Below the pieces are notes generated by a model. It saw nothing but the letters and a program-made list of their open reading frames with translations, was not told where the DNA came from and did not search any database. Positions 16,521 to 25,917 of a DNA stretch of 47,712 nucleotides are shown here, piece after piece (the stretch's first letter is position 1; each line of letters begins with the position of its first letter). This DNA comes from Granulicella sp. (GTDB lineage Bacteria; Acidobacteriota; Terriglobia; Terriglobales; Acidobacteriaceae), in contig PLOT01000126.1 of NCBI GenBank assembly GCA_003142215.1, positions 5,968 to 53,679 on the forward strand. The letters run 5' to 3'. Both the position numbers and the translations under genes were made by a program.

Positions 16521-19043
16521 TTACATCAGGACAACCGCGTTGTAGACCATGTGGAGGAGAATCGCTGGGGCGAGGCGGCCAGATTTCTTGAAGATCAGAG
16601 CGTTGCACACGCCGAGGAGAAAAACAGGTGGCCATGACATTGCCGGGTGATAGACCGCGAAGAAGGCGGCACTGCCGATAATGGCGCGCCAGCCGCCCCA
16701 CTCGCGGTCGAGGGCGCGAAAGAGGAGGCCGCGGAAGAGATACTCTTCGGCGAAGGGCGCGAAGACTACGGCCATGATGGCATAGGAGATGCGGAGGTCG
16801 TGGAGCTTCGCCATGGCTTCCTGCGATTTTCTGATCAGCTCCGCGGTGGCGGGAATGTGTTCGAGAGCGGCGAGGTAGCCATGGGCGGCGAGGCCGAGAG
16901 CGATGCCTCCTGCGGCTGCGAGCATGAGGGCCGGGATCAGTTGCGGAACAGAGGTGGAAGATGCGGCGGATCGCCAGCGGATGACGTCCTGGAGTGAGAC
17001 GTTGCGCTCGCCCAGGAAGCTGATGACGCCGACAGAGACGGCGACGGAGCAGACGGCATAGGCGATGGCCTGGGCAATGGCGATGTTCTGCGGGCCGGCA
17101 AAGACGAGCAGAATGCCGGTGACGATGGCGCCGCACTCGACCAGGATACTGATGGAGATCATAGCGTGCATGAGCGTGGGTGGGGGTGGGAGTTCTTCGG
17201 ACCAGGGATCGTAGAGGTAGGGCAGGCGCGCGCGGAAGTTCTGCCACATGGCCGCGGCGGTCATGTAGGAGTAGACGATTCCCATGACGGCGATGTGCCA
17301 CTGCTGGCTGATGATTCCGATGGAGAAGGTGAGCATGCCGAGCTGGGCTGCGAGGCGGCGTCCCCAGGGGATTTTCTGAACTTCGCCGGATTCGGAGGTG
17401 ATGGTGACCAGGGTGACCGATTTCTCCGCCATGCTGCGGCTGAAGAAGAACCAGCCGATGAGGACCAGGGCGATCTTCCAGGCGTCGGCGTGGAAGGTGA
17501 AGGCTGCATAGGCAAGCACCAGAGCGACGATGCTGGAGGAGATGAGCGACCAGAGCCAGGCCTTGGCTTTGAGCAGGCTTTCGAGGCCGCGCGGCCAGGT
17601 GAGGGCGATCCACAGGGCGCTGCCTTCGGAGGAGAGCGACTTGGGGCCGAGAATCCAGAGAAAGTAGGTGCCGAAGAGAATGCCCGTGCCACACAGGTAG
17701 TTCCACGCGCCCTGGGCATGGACGAGGATGCCGCGCAGGTTGAAGACCTGGACGCTCGCGATGGTGAGCGGGATGAGGATGGTCTGGACGATGGCACTGC
17801 GGTCGCGGACAAACCAGAGGAATTCCTTGCGGTAGAGAGGGTCCTTGCCGAAATTGGCGGTGCGCGTGCGGTGAGTGGGGGGGCGGAGCCGGTCGCCGGA
17901 GACGCCGCTGAGGCCAAGCTGCGCGCCCCAGACGCTGAAGCGGACGGAGCCGGCGATGATGATGGCGGCGAAGATCCAACAGGCCAGCAGGCCTGAGGGG
18001 AAGAACCAGGTGCCGTTGCTCTGGCCGCCGAGGAAGAGCCGGAGCCAGGGCCAGGGAAGGATGGTGAGCGGGTACAGGATGCGAGCGGCTGCGACGATGA
18101 TTCTGGGTACGAGGAAGATTCCGAGGAAGAAGAGCATGAGCGAGGCGTAGCCGATCCAGCTCATGAAGCCGATCATGGCTCCGCGGGAGCGCGGGGAGAA
18201 GCGGAGGGTAACGGCGATCTCGCACGCCTTGCCGAGACAGGCCGCGGCGATGGTGATGGGGATGCCGATGAGGATGCCCGCTAGCAGGCCGATGCCGAAG
18301 TTGTAGACGAAGGTGTAGATGGTTGCGACGAAGAGCGGCGCGCCCCAGTAGATGGGATTTGCGGCGATGGGGGAGAGCATTTCGGCGAGGAAGATGGCGC
18401 CGGGCTGGGCGGGATGGGAGAAGAGCCACTCCCACATGGGATGGCGACGGCGCTGGAGATCGAGTTCGAGGCCTTCGCACTGGAAGACGAGCATGGCGAG
18501 CCACCAGAGGAAAACGAGGGAGCCAATCATGGGGGCGAAGGGGCCTGAGGTGGCGAGGCCGGAGAGGCCGGTGATTGCCTGAGGTTCGCCGAGGAAGGCC
18601 TGCGGACCGTGCGCGTTTTCACCGTCGCGCAGCCTCTGCTCGATGGCCGGCTCCGAGCCTCCATATTCGGTGGCGATGCGGTGCGCCTCAGTGGAGTAGG
18701 GGTTGTCGGGTTGGTATGGGTCAGGGCGGCCAAGCTCAGGATGGTGCTTGTAGAACCGCATCTCATGCAGGAACTGGCGGCTGACGACGATGTCGCCGCG
18801 GCGCTCGGCTTCGACGCGTTGGGCTGTGGCGATGGCGGTACGCAGCACGAAGGCGGCGGCCACGTTGATGCCGACCATGAAGAGGGCGGCCATAACGAAG
18901 CCGAATCCGCCCCAATCGGTGGCGTTCTTGCCGGAGCGATTGGAGAGGAGTTCCTGCTGACGGGTCTGGCGGCCGGTGGAGCGTTTGCGCGCGGCACCGA
19001 GCAGAAGGCGGAGCGTGTGCCAGAACGTGGGGCGGTTCTTCAT
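16521..19043 (-). CDS. ABC-exporter-type permease fused to a C-terminal CPBP (type II CAAX) intramembrane metalloprotease
   Basis: Many TM helices, LYRKEFLWFVRD permease motif, C-terminal PFAEEYLFRG, FFAVYH, LHMVYN motifs. Confidence 0.85.
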   Translation of the reverse strand: MKNRPTFWHTLRLLLGAARKRSTGRQTRQQELLSNRSGKNATDWGGFGFVMAALFMVGINVAAAFVLRTAIATAQRVEAERRGDIVVSRQFLHEMRFYKHHPELGRPDPYQPDNPYSTEAHRIATEYGGSEPAIEQRLRDGENAHGPQAFLGEPQAITGLSGLATSGPFAPMIGSLVFLWWLAMLVFQCEGLELDLQRRRHPMWEWLFSHPAQPGAIFLAEMLSPIAANPIYWGAPLFVATIYTFVYNFGIGLLAGILIGIPITIAAACLGKACEIAVTLRFSPRSRGAMIGFMSWIGYASLMLFFLGIFLVPRIIVAAARILYPLTILPWPWLRLFLGGQSNGTWFFPSGLLACWIFAAIIIAGSVRFSVWGAQLGLSGVSGDRLRPPTHRTRTANFGKDPLYRKEFLWFVRDRSAIVQTILIPLTIASVQVFNLRGILVHAQGAWNYLCGTGILFGTYFLWILGPKSLSSEGSALWIALTWPRGLESLLKAKAWLWSLISSSIVALVLAYAAFTFHADAWKIALVLIGWFFFSRSMAEKSVTLVTITSESGEVQKIPWGRRLAAQLGMLTFSIGIISQQWHIAVMGIVYSYMTAAAMWQNFRARLPYLYDPWSEELPPPPTLMHAMISISILVECGAIVTGILLVFAGPQNIAIAQAIAYAVCSVAVSVGVISFLGERNVSLQDVIRWRSAASSTSVPQLIPALMLAAAGGIALGLAAHGYLAALEHIPATAELIRKSQEAMAKLHDLRISYAIMAVVFAPFAEEYLFRGLLFRALDREWGGWRAIIGSAAFFAVYHPAMSWPPVFLLGVCNALIFKKSGRLAPAILLHMVYNAVVLM

Positions 19044-19849
19044 TTCTGGGGCGGCCGGGCGGTGAGCTTCAGGAATATCTCCTCGAGGCTGGCCTCGCCG
19101 AAGTCGCGGCGGAGGTCATCGAGCGAGCCGTTGGCGACGAGCTTGCCCTCGTTGATAATTACCGCGTGCGAGCAGAGGCGGGTGACGTGGTCCATGAGGT
19201 GCGTCGAGAAGAGGACGGTCGTTCCGGTTGCGGCGGTTTCGGAGATGAGGTCGTAGAAGAGGTGGGTGGACTCGACGTCGAGGCCGTTGGTGGGCTCATC
19301 GAGGACTAGCAGTTTGGGCTGATGCAGCATGGCGAGGAGCAGGCCGAGCTTCTTCTTCATGCCGCGCGAGTAGTCCTCCGCGTAGTCGTAAATGTCGACG
19401 CCGAGCCTGAGTTGGTGGATGAGCGGGTCGATGCGATCCATTGTCGCTGGCACGTCCAGCCCGTGCATGGCGGCGCTCAGTTCGAGAACTTCGCGGCCGG
19501 AAAGGTAGGAGTAGAAGACGGGTTCGTCGGGAAGGAAGCCGATGAGGCGCTTGACCTCGACACGGTCTTCGAAGGCATCGAGGGAATCGATGAGGATTTT
19601 TCCGTAGGTAGCTTTGAGGATGCCCATGAGCAGGCGGAAGAGAGTGGTTTTGCCGGCGCCGTTGGGGCCGAGCAAGCCGCAGATCTGGCCTGGCGGGACG
19701 GAGAAGGAGACGTGGCTTACCGCGAGTTTCGAGCCGAAGGTTTTTGTAACATCTTCGATTCGCACCAGATCGGGGGACGGGCGAGACGGATCGCCGGCTA
19801 CAGGCTCGGCCTGTTCGTCTACATTGGGTGGCGTTCTATCGCTCATCAT
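19040..19849 (-). CDS. ABC transporter ATP-binding protein
   Basis: GPNGAGKT, YSRGMKKK signature, LDEPTNGLD, STH. 4-bp overlap with the permease gene. Confidence 0.95.
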   Translation of the reverse strand: MMSDRTPPNVDEQAEPVAGDPSRPSPDLVRIEDVTKTFGSKLAVSHVSFSVPPGQICGLLGPNGAGKTTLFRLLMGILKATYGKILIDSLDAFEDRVEVKRLIGFLPDEPVFYSYLSGREVLELSAAMHGLDVPATMDRIDPLIHQLRLGVDIYDYAEDYSRGMKKKLGLLLAMLHQPKLLVLDEPTNGLDVESTHLFYDLISETAATGTTVLFSTHLMDHVTRLCSHAVIINEGKLVANGSLDDLRRDFGEASLEEIFLKLTARPPQK

Positions 19850-20292
19850 GGCGCACGCAACGGCTTATTCAGTTCAGATTGATCCACTTCAGCATACGAC
19901 GGAACTCTCTATGCCGAACAATTAATTGATGGAGGTCTGACTTTTGCATAGAGTCCCGATTCCGGCCCCTGACATGCACTATCCTGAACAGTCCGGTTTG
20001 CGGGAAAGCAACCCAGTCGATGCCCGCGCCAGTCACTTTACCGGGAACCCCGTTTTCATGCACATCGGTTGTGGTGTAAGACGCTTCTGAGAAATCTACG
20101 AGGGAACAATCTCGATTGTGCAATCGGCTCTTTGAAGGTGCGGAATAGTCCCGTTTTTCGACATTGAATGCAGCGCGGCTCTGGGAAAATCTTCAGGAGC
20201 TGTACAATTCAAGCCAATCGATATGAAAAGAGATTGCGAATAATGCCCGTTAGCGCTTACCCGTGCTGCAAACTGGTAGAGGGTAGAAATAC

Positions 20293-22581
20293 ATGATGGG
20301 CAGATATGACGATTCTTTTCGCCGGCAGATCAGGCAAGCCCTAAACAAGCAGACGGCAGGATCCAGTCCTGCAACGGCGGACGAACTGTTTGCGAAGGCC
20401 GTAGCCCACCACGGAGCTGGGCAGTTGCGTGAGGCAGAAGCGCTCTATCGGCAAATTCTGCAAAACACTCCCGGCCATGCGGGCGCATTGCAATTTCTGG
20501 GAGTGCTGGTGTATCAGGGTGGACAGTATGCGGCCGCGCTCGAACTCCTCGACCGGGCGATTCATGTGAATCCAGCCGATGCAGGCACCCACTTCAGCCG
20601 TGGCAATGTATTGTTCAGCCTGCAGCAATACCCCGCGGCCGTGGAGAGCTATGATCAGGCCATCCAGCTCAGGCCGGATCGCGCGGAAGCCTACAGCAGT
20701 CGCGGCAGTGCGCTACAGGCGCTGCAGCAATACGCCGCGGCGGTGGAGAGCTACGATAAGGCCATCCAGCTCAAGCCAGACAATGCGGATGCGTACAGCA
20801 ACCGGGGCAATAATCTCTATGTCCTTGGACGGTATAAAGCGGCCGTGGAGAGTTGCGACAGGGCCATCGCTCTAAAGCCGGACTTCGCCGAGGCCTACTT
20901 CAGCCGAGGCAACGCATTTTATGCTCTGGAACAGTACCAGACTGCCCTGGAGAGCTTTGACAAGGCCATCCTTCACAGGCCGGAGTTCGTGGAAGCGCAT
21001 AACAATCGAGGCAATGCTCTGCTGGCCCTCAAGCAGTATGAGGCGTCATTGGCGAGTTACGACAAGACCATCCTGCTCAAGCCGGATTATGTGGAAGCCC
21101 ACCACAATCGGAGCAATGTACTGCTGATTCTTAAACAGTACGGAGCAGCTCTGGAGAGCTATGAGCGGACCCTCTTGCACAAGCCGGACTACGCATACGT
21201 CCGTGGGATGCGGCTGTATACACGGAGTCTGCTCTGCGATTGGGAGGACAGCGAGAGCGAACGCAGGCAGTTGGAAGCCCTCGTCGAACGCGGACTGAAA
21301 ATTGTTCTACCCTTCCCGATTCTGTCCATCAGCGCATCCCCCGCGATTCAAAGGCAGGCAGCGGAGATCTATGCGAGCGACGAGCAGCCGGAGCGTTTCA
21401 CCGCCGCGGGGATTGCCCGCCGGCCCAGGCGAGAGAAGATTCGCATTGGGTATTATTCGTCGGATTATTACAACCATCCAACCAGCTATTTAATGGCAGA
21501 GATTTTTGAACTGCACGATCGCAGCCGTTTCGAGGTTCTGGGATTCTCCTATGGACCAGAGAAGCCGGATGCGATGAGCCAGCGGGTATCTGCGGCGATG
21601 GACCGGTTTGTGGATGTGCGGTCGATGCCGGACCGGGAGGTCGCCGAACTGAGCCGGAGACTCGAAGTGGATATTGCCGTGAACCTGAACGGATTCACAG
21701 AAAATCATCGCACCGGTATTTTTGCCGGGCGGGCCGCTCCCATCCAGGTCAACTACCTTGGCTACCCCGGCACTATGGGCGCCGGCTACATGGATTATCT
21801 GATTGCGGACCCTAGGCTGGTTCCCGAATCCAGCCGGCAGCATTACACGGAGAAGATCGTCTATCTGCCGGACTGCTATCAGCCCAACGATTCGCAGCGA
21901 GCCATCTCGGCAAAGCCGTGCGCGAGGGCCGGAGAGGGTTTGCCGGAGACGGCGTTTGTGTTCTGTTGTTTCAATAAAGCCTACAAGATCACACCGGCAG
22001 TCTTCGATATTTGGATGCGGATCCTGGGGCGGGTCGAGGGCAGCGTTCTATGGCTGCTGGAGGATAATCCCCGGGCCGTCGAAAATCTTCGCAAGGAAGC
22101 CGTGCGGCGCGGGATCTCCGCGGAGAGGTTGGTCTTTGCCAGATCGCTGCCTCTGGACGAGCATCTGGCACGGCATAGGCTTGCCGACCTGTTTTTAGAC
22201 ACCTTTCCCTACAACGCGCACACCACGGCAAGCGATGCGCTGTGGGCCGGGCTGCTGGTGTTGACCCGCATGGGCGAGAGCTTTGCCAGCCGTGTGGCTG
22301 CCAGCCTGCTGCACGCTGTAGACATGCCGGAACTGGTCACTTCGACGGAGGCAGAGTTCGAGGAACTGGCGGTGGCGCTGGCACAGGATGCGGAACGGCG
22401 CCAGGCGCTCCATCAGAAGCTGCAACAGAACCGGCTGAGCGCCCCGCTCTTCAATAGCCGGGCATTTACCCGCCATCTGGAGGCTGCCTATAACGCGATG
22501 CTGGAGCGATATGAAGCGGGCCTGCCGCCAGAGCACATCCTGGTTGAACTACTTTGCTTCGCGGGCAACGAAAAAAAATAG
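20293..22581 (+). CDS. TPR-containing O-GlcNAc transferase, SPINDLY/GT41 family
   Basis: Multiple TPRs, then KIRIGYYSSDYYNHP, RAAPIQVNYLGYPGTMG, FCCFNKAYKI, DLFLDTFPYNAHTTASDALWAG. Confidence 0.93.
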   Translation: MMGRYDDSFRRQIRQALNKQTAGSSPATADELFAKAVAHHGAGQLREAEALYRQILQNTPGHAGALQFLGVLVYQGGQYAAALELLDRAIHVNPADAGTHFSRGNVLFSLQQYPAAVESYDQAIQLRPDRAEAYSSRGSALQALQQYAAAVESYDKAIQLKPDNADAYSNRGNNLYVLGRYKAAVESCDRAIALKPDFAEAYFSRGNAFYALEQYQTALESFDKAILHRPEFVEAHNNRGNALLALKQYEASLASYDKTILLKPDYVEAHHNRSNVLLILKQYGAALESYERTLLHKPDYAYVRGMRLYTRSLLCDWEDSESERRQLEALVERGLKIVLPFPILSISASPAIQRQAAEIYASDEQPERFTAAGIARRPRREKIRIGYYSSDYYNHPTSYLMAEIFELHDRSRFEVLGFSYGPEKPDAMSQRVSAAMDRFVDVRSMPDREVAELSRRLEVDIAVNLNGFTENHRTGIFAGRAAPIQVNYLGYPGTMGAGYMDYLIADPRLVPESSRQHYTEKIVYLPDCYQPNDSQRAISAKPCARAGEGLPETAFVFCCFNKAYKITPAVFDIWMRILGRVEGSVLWLLEDNPRAVENLRKEAVRRGISAERLVFARSLPLDEHLARHRLADLFLDTFPYNAHTTASDALWAGLLVLTRMGESFASRVAASLLHAVDMPELVTSTEAEFEELAVALAQDAERRQALHQKLQQNRLSAPLFNSRAFTRHLEAAYNAMLERYEAGLPPEHILVELLCFAGNEKK

Positions 22582-22594
22582 TTGCGCGGATGTG

Positions 22595-22615
22595 TGTACT
22601 AGCTGTTATAGTACA
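22595..22615. promoter_or_regulatory. YtrA-type GntR operator TGTACTA-N7-TAGTACA overlapping an extended -10 (TGnTATAGT)
   Basis: Perfect 7-bp inverted repeat ending 3 bp before the GntR GTG start. Confidence 0.8.
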
Positions 22616-22618
22616 GGT

Positions 22619-23050
22619 GTGATTCCGTTCCGAGTCCAGTTTCGCGGTGGCATTTCGCTCTTCGAGCAGATCGTCTACGCCTCGAAGAAGGCGATGGTCT
22701 CTGGACAGATGCGTCCGGGCGATCCGTTTCCCTCGGTGCGCGCGCTGAGCAAGGAGCTGAAGATCAATCCCAACACCGCGCACAAGATTGTGGCTCACCT
22801 GGTGAGCGAGGGGCTGCTGGAGACGCGGCCGGGGATCGGGACGGTGGTCGCAGAGCTTCCCGATTCGACCCGGAAGGAGCGCGCGGAGCTGCTGGGGCAT
22901 GAGATCGAGGAGTTGGTGGTGGAGGCCAAGCGGCTGGGAATTGGGCGCGAAGAGATGCTGGCTTCTATCGCCACGCATTGGCAGCGACTGAGCGGCAAGG
23001 ACACGGAAGCAGCAGGCAGGCCCACCGACGGAGGACGCAAAGAGCGATGA
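22619..23050 (+). CDS. GntR family transcriptional regulator, YtrA subfamily
   Basis: PGDPFPSVRALSKELKINPNTAHK...EGLLETRPGIGTVV. GTG 22619 preferred because the track start overlaps the OGT gene. Confidence 0.92.
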   Translation: MIPFRVQFRGGISLFEQIVYASKKAMVSGQMRPGDPFPSVRALSKELKINPNTAHKIVAHLVSEGLLETRPGIGTVVAELPDSTRKERAELLGHEIEELVVEAKRLGIGREEMLASIATHWQRLSGKDTEAAGRPTDGGRKER

Positions 23051-23988
23051 ATCCCACGATCCAGACGAACGATCTCTCGATGAGATTTGGCCAGACAGAG
23101 GTGCTGCACGAGATTGAACGCGCGGTGCCGGAGGGCGCGATCTACGCGCTGGTCGGGCCCAACGGCGCAGGCAAGACCACGATGATTAAGCTGCTGATGA
23201 ATATTCTTCGTCCCACGGCAGGAGGCGCAGAAGTGCTGGGCGTCGACACGCAGAGGCTGGCTGGCGAGGTCTTCAGCCGCATTGGATACGTCTCCGAGAA
23301 CCAGGAGATGCCCGATGCGATGACGGTCGAGGAGTTGATGGACTACATGCGACCGTTCTATCCGCGGTGGGACCGCAGGCTAGAGCGGGAACTGGTGCGG
23401 CAGTTCGATCTGCCGATGAAGCGCAAGCTCAAGCACCTGTCGCGCGGGATGCGGATGAAGGCGGCGTTCGCAAGCTCGCTGGCCTACCGGCCCGCGCTGA
23501 TCGTACTGGATGAGCCGTTCACGGGGCTCGATCCGCTGGTGCGCGACGAGTTGATCGAGAGCCTGCTGGAGCGCGCGGCGGAGACGACGATCTTTCTTTC
23601 GTCGCACGACCTGGCGGAGATCGAGAGCTTTGCCAGCCATGTGGGCTACCTGGAAGAGGGACGGCTGCTTTTTTCGGAAGAGATGACGGTACTGGATGAC
23701 CGCTTCCGCGAGGTGACGATCACACTGGCGGCGCCGGTGAAACTGCCGCATGATCTGCCGAGCGCATGGCTGCAGGCGGAGACGGTGGATTGCGTGGTGC
23801 GGTTTGTACACAGCGAATACCGGGGTGAGGCGAGCGAACGCGAGGTGGCGGCGGTTTTCCCCGGGGCGCGCGATGTGGCGTGCGAAGCGATGCCGCTGCG
23901 GTCGATCTTTCTGGCGATTGCAAAGACGGGACGAACACAGAACCACGCGGCGCAGACGACGGCAGGCGATGGGAGGCCGGAGGCATGA
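23047..23988 (+). CDS. ABC transporter ATP-binding protein (YtrB-like)
   Basis: GPNGAGKTT, LSRGMRMK, LDEPFTGLD, SSHDL. ATGA overlap with gntR. Confidence 0.93.
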   Translation: MNPTIQTNDLSMRFGQTEVLHEIERAVPEGAIYALVGPNGAGKTTMIKLLMNILRPTAGGAEVLGVDTQRLAGEVFSRIGYVSENQEMPDAMTVEELMDYMRPFYPRWDRRLERELVRQFDLPMKRKLKHLSRGMRMKAAFASSLAYRPALIVLDEPFTGLDPLVRDELIESLLERAAETTIFLSSHDLAEIESFASHVGYLEEGRLLFSEEMTVLDDRFREVTITLAAPVKLPHDLPSAWLQAETVDCVVRFVHSEYRGEASEREVAAVFPGARDVACEAMPLRSIFLAIAKTGRTQNHAAQTTAGDGRPEA

Positions 23989-25496
23989 CGCAGATACTGA
24001 ATATCTTTCGCAAGGACACGCGGCGGTTCTGGCCGGAGATTATGCTGTCGGTGATCGTGGTCTTCGCATTCGCGCTGGTCTTTCCGAACGAGTGGCGAAT
24101 ATTTCATGATCGAAGCGTCCAGAATCGCATGAGTATCATGCTGGCCGCGCTGGGAATACTGATGGTGACTGGTTGGTGGCTGCTGATCGCGCGCTCCGTC
24201 CACGCGGAGAGCCTGGTGGGCGACCAGCAGTTCTGGATCACGCGACCGTATGAGTGGAGGAAGCTGTTGGCGGCGAAGGTGTTGTTTCTGGCGGCGTGGA
24301 TCGGAGTGCCATATCTGCTGGCGCAATTGCTTCTGCTGGCGGAGGCTGGATTCCACCCGCTGGCGTATATGCCGGGACTGCTGTTCAACCTGCTGTTGGT
24401 CAGCGTGGGCTTTCTACTTCCGATGTTTGCACTCGCTGCAGTCACGTCGAACTTCGCACGCCTGACAATGACGGTGCTGGGCTGCCTGATCCTGTTTATC
24501 GGATACATGTTTCTGGTGTATGGCATTCCACACAGCTATACGTCAGCCAACCCGTATACGAACGCCGTTCTGTTTCCGCTGCTGTTCGTGGGATGCGCGG
24601 CGGCGATTGGGCTGCAATATGCGATGCGTCGGGTGTGGGTATCGCGCGGTCTGCTGATTGTAGTGACGATATTGCTTGCCGTCAGCGTGGCCGCTTATCG
24701 CATGCAATCGCTGGTGGACCGGGCGTATCCGCAACCGAGCGCAGGATCGACCGCGCCGGTCAGCATCACGCACATACCCAGCAATTCCCGTCCGGACGAG
24801 GCGCGTTCGTGGGAGGGCGAAGACTACATCGATTTGCCCGTGCAGTACAGCGGGGTTGCGGAGGGAACGGCTGTCTTCGCCGAAGACTTCAAGTTCAGCA
24901 TCACGGCGGCGGACGGCAGCCAATGGATCTCGCCGTGGCAGCATACCCAGGAGCGCAATCTGAATGACGTGCATTATTCCATGCTGTCGCTGATGATCCG
25001 CCCCGAGTTATACGAACGGTTCAAGAGAACGCCAGTGACGCTGCGCATCACGTTAGCGGTGAGCCGCTACCAGTCCGACACGGTGACGAAGATGGCGTTC
25101 CCGGCGGGCGATGTGGCGATTCCGGGGATCGGCTTTTGCTCGTCAGAGTACAGCAACACCCTGCTCTGTAGGGCCGTACTGCAGGGGCCCCGGCTCACCC
25201 ACTATACCGTGCTTTGGTCGCACGCTGCTTGCTCCGATGCGCAGCCGTCACCCGGCAGCACGGTCGAGGGCGATGCATGGATCGAGCCTGCCAGCCGCAC
25301 CAATTTCGTGCTGGGCTCCGTGTGGACTTTGCGTTCTTTCTTTTTCAGGGACTTCGAGGGCTCCAACTACGCTCACTGGCACGTCTGCCCAGGGAGTCCG
25401 CTGACACTGACGCAGTACCACCTGTTGGAGCGCACACAGACCAGCATGACGCTGACGAACTTCGTGCTTCCGGCGAATGTGGTTCCGACGAGCTAG
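23985..25496 (+). CDS. ABC-2-type permease-like membrane protein with C-terminal extracytoplasmic domain
   Basis: NIFRKDTRR start, ESLVGDQQFWITRPY, about 7 TM segments. ATGA overlap with the ATPase gene. Confidence 0.8.
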   Translation: MTQILNIFRKDTRRFWPEIMLSVIVVFAFALVFPNEWRIFHDRSVQNRMSIMLAALGILMVTGWWLLIARSVHAESLVGDQQFWITRPYEWRKLLAAKVLFLAAWIGVPYLLAQLLLLAEAGFHPLAYMPGLLFNLLLVSVGFLLPMFALAAVTSNFARLTMTVLGCLILFIGYMFLVYGIPHSYTSANPYTNAVLFPLLFVGCAAAIGLQYAMRRVWVSRGLLIVVTILLAVSVAAYRMQSLVDRAYPQPSAGSTAPVSITHIPSNSRPDEARSWEGEDYIDLPVQYSGVAEGTAVFAEDFKFSITAADGSQWISPWQHTQERNLNDVHYSMLSLMIRPELYERFKRTPVTLRITLAVSRYQSDTVTKMAFPAGDVAIPGIGFCSSEYSNTLLCRAVLQGPRLTHYTVLWSHAACSDAQPSPGSTVEGDAWIEPASRTNFVLGSVWTLRSFFFRDFEGSNYAHWHVCPGSPLTLTQYHLLERTQTSMTLTNFVLPANVVPTS

Positions 25497-25543
25497 GTTC
25501 AAGGTTCGAGGTTCGAGGGACGAGGGTTGAGTTATGAGGGATG
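25495..25543 (+). repeat. Degenerate heptamer tandem repeat (7 units, AGGTTCG-like)
   Basis: aggttca aggttcg aggttcg agggacg agggttg agttatg agggatg. Confidence 0.75.
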
Positions 25544-25635
25544 AGCAGCCTACGGAGAATTGAGAGATGGTTGCGATTGGGGCGAAGACTCGATGCGGAG
25601 TGCGGGCGAGAAACGGAAAACCAGGGGAAGAATCG

Positions 25636-25664
25636 TTGACGTACGATCTTTATCGTAATAAGGT
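25636..25664 (+). promoter_or_regulatory. Sigma70-like promoter (TTGACG-N17-TAAGGT) with palindromic operator TACGAT-N4-ATCGTA in the spacer
   Basis: Seen directly. Also flanked by 11-bp direct repeats ACCAGGGGAAG (25620, 25672). Confidence 0.55.
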
Positions 25665-25809
25665 GTTTGTTACCAGGGGAAGGAAATAAACATGCGTTGG
25701 GAATCTATCCATTCCGATTCTTCAACGTCTGACGAGTAATCGAGTACATCGAGAAGCCTTCGGAAGACGAACCGCAGCAAAGAATGCGTACGAGAAAGAA
25801 GATCTGCGA

Positions 25810-25917
25810 ATGACGATCGAGCATCTCACCTCTGTCGCGCTCCTCCTTACAGCGACCCTGTTCGCGGCGCGCCTCTTCGCCCAGACCTACAACACTTTCT
25901 TAATGGGTCCCTTATGA
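25810..25917 (+). other. 35-codon signal-peptide-like ORF overlapping the start of the next gene
   Basis: MTIEHLTSVALLLTATLFAARLFAQTYNTFLMGPL*, with ATGA overlap at 25914-25917. Confidence 0.4.

Larger units (their letters stand above)
16453..20058. repeat. Short direct repeat pair GTCACTTTAC(T/C)GGGAAC (16453-16469 and 20032-20048) bracketing the ABC/CAAX cassette
   Basis: 16/17 identity, with partial similarity continuing to ...GT(A)TTTCA. Confidence 0.55.

Noticed and set aside
16459-18504. 681-aa Arg/Pro/His-rich ORF
   Set aside because: Out-of-frame shadow of the permease-CAAX gene.
16521-19043. Anti-phage abortive-infection system, or the sortase for the adhesin's Cys motif
   Set aside because: The 'Abi' label of CAAX proteases is not evidence of phage defence. 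Nothing except loose proximity links this protease to the adhesin.
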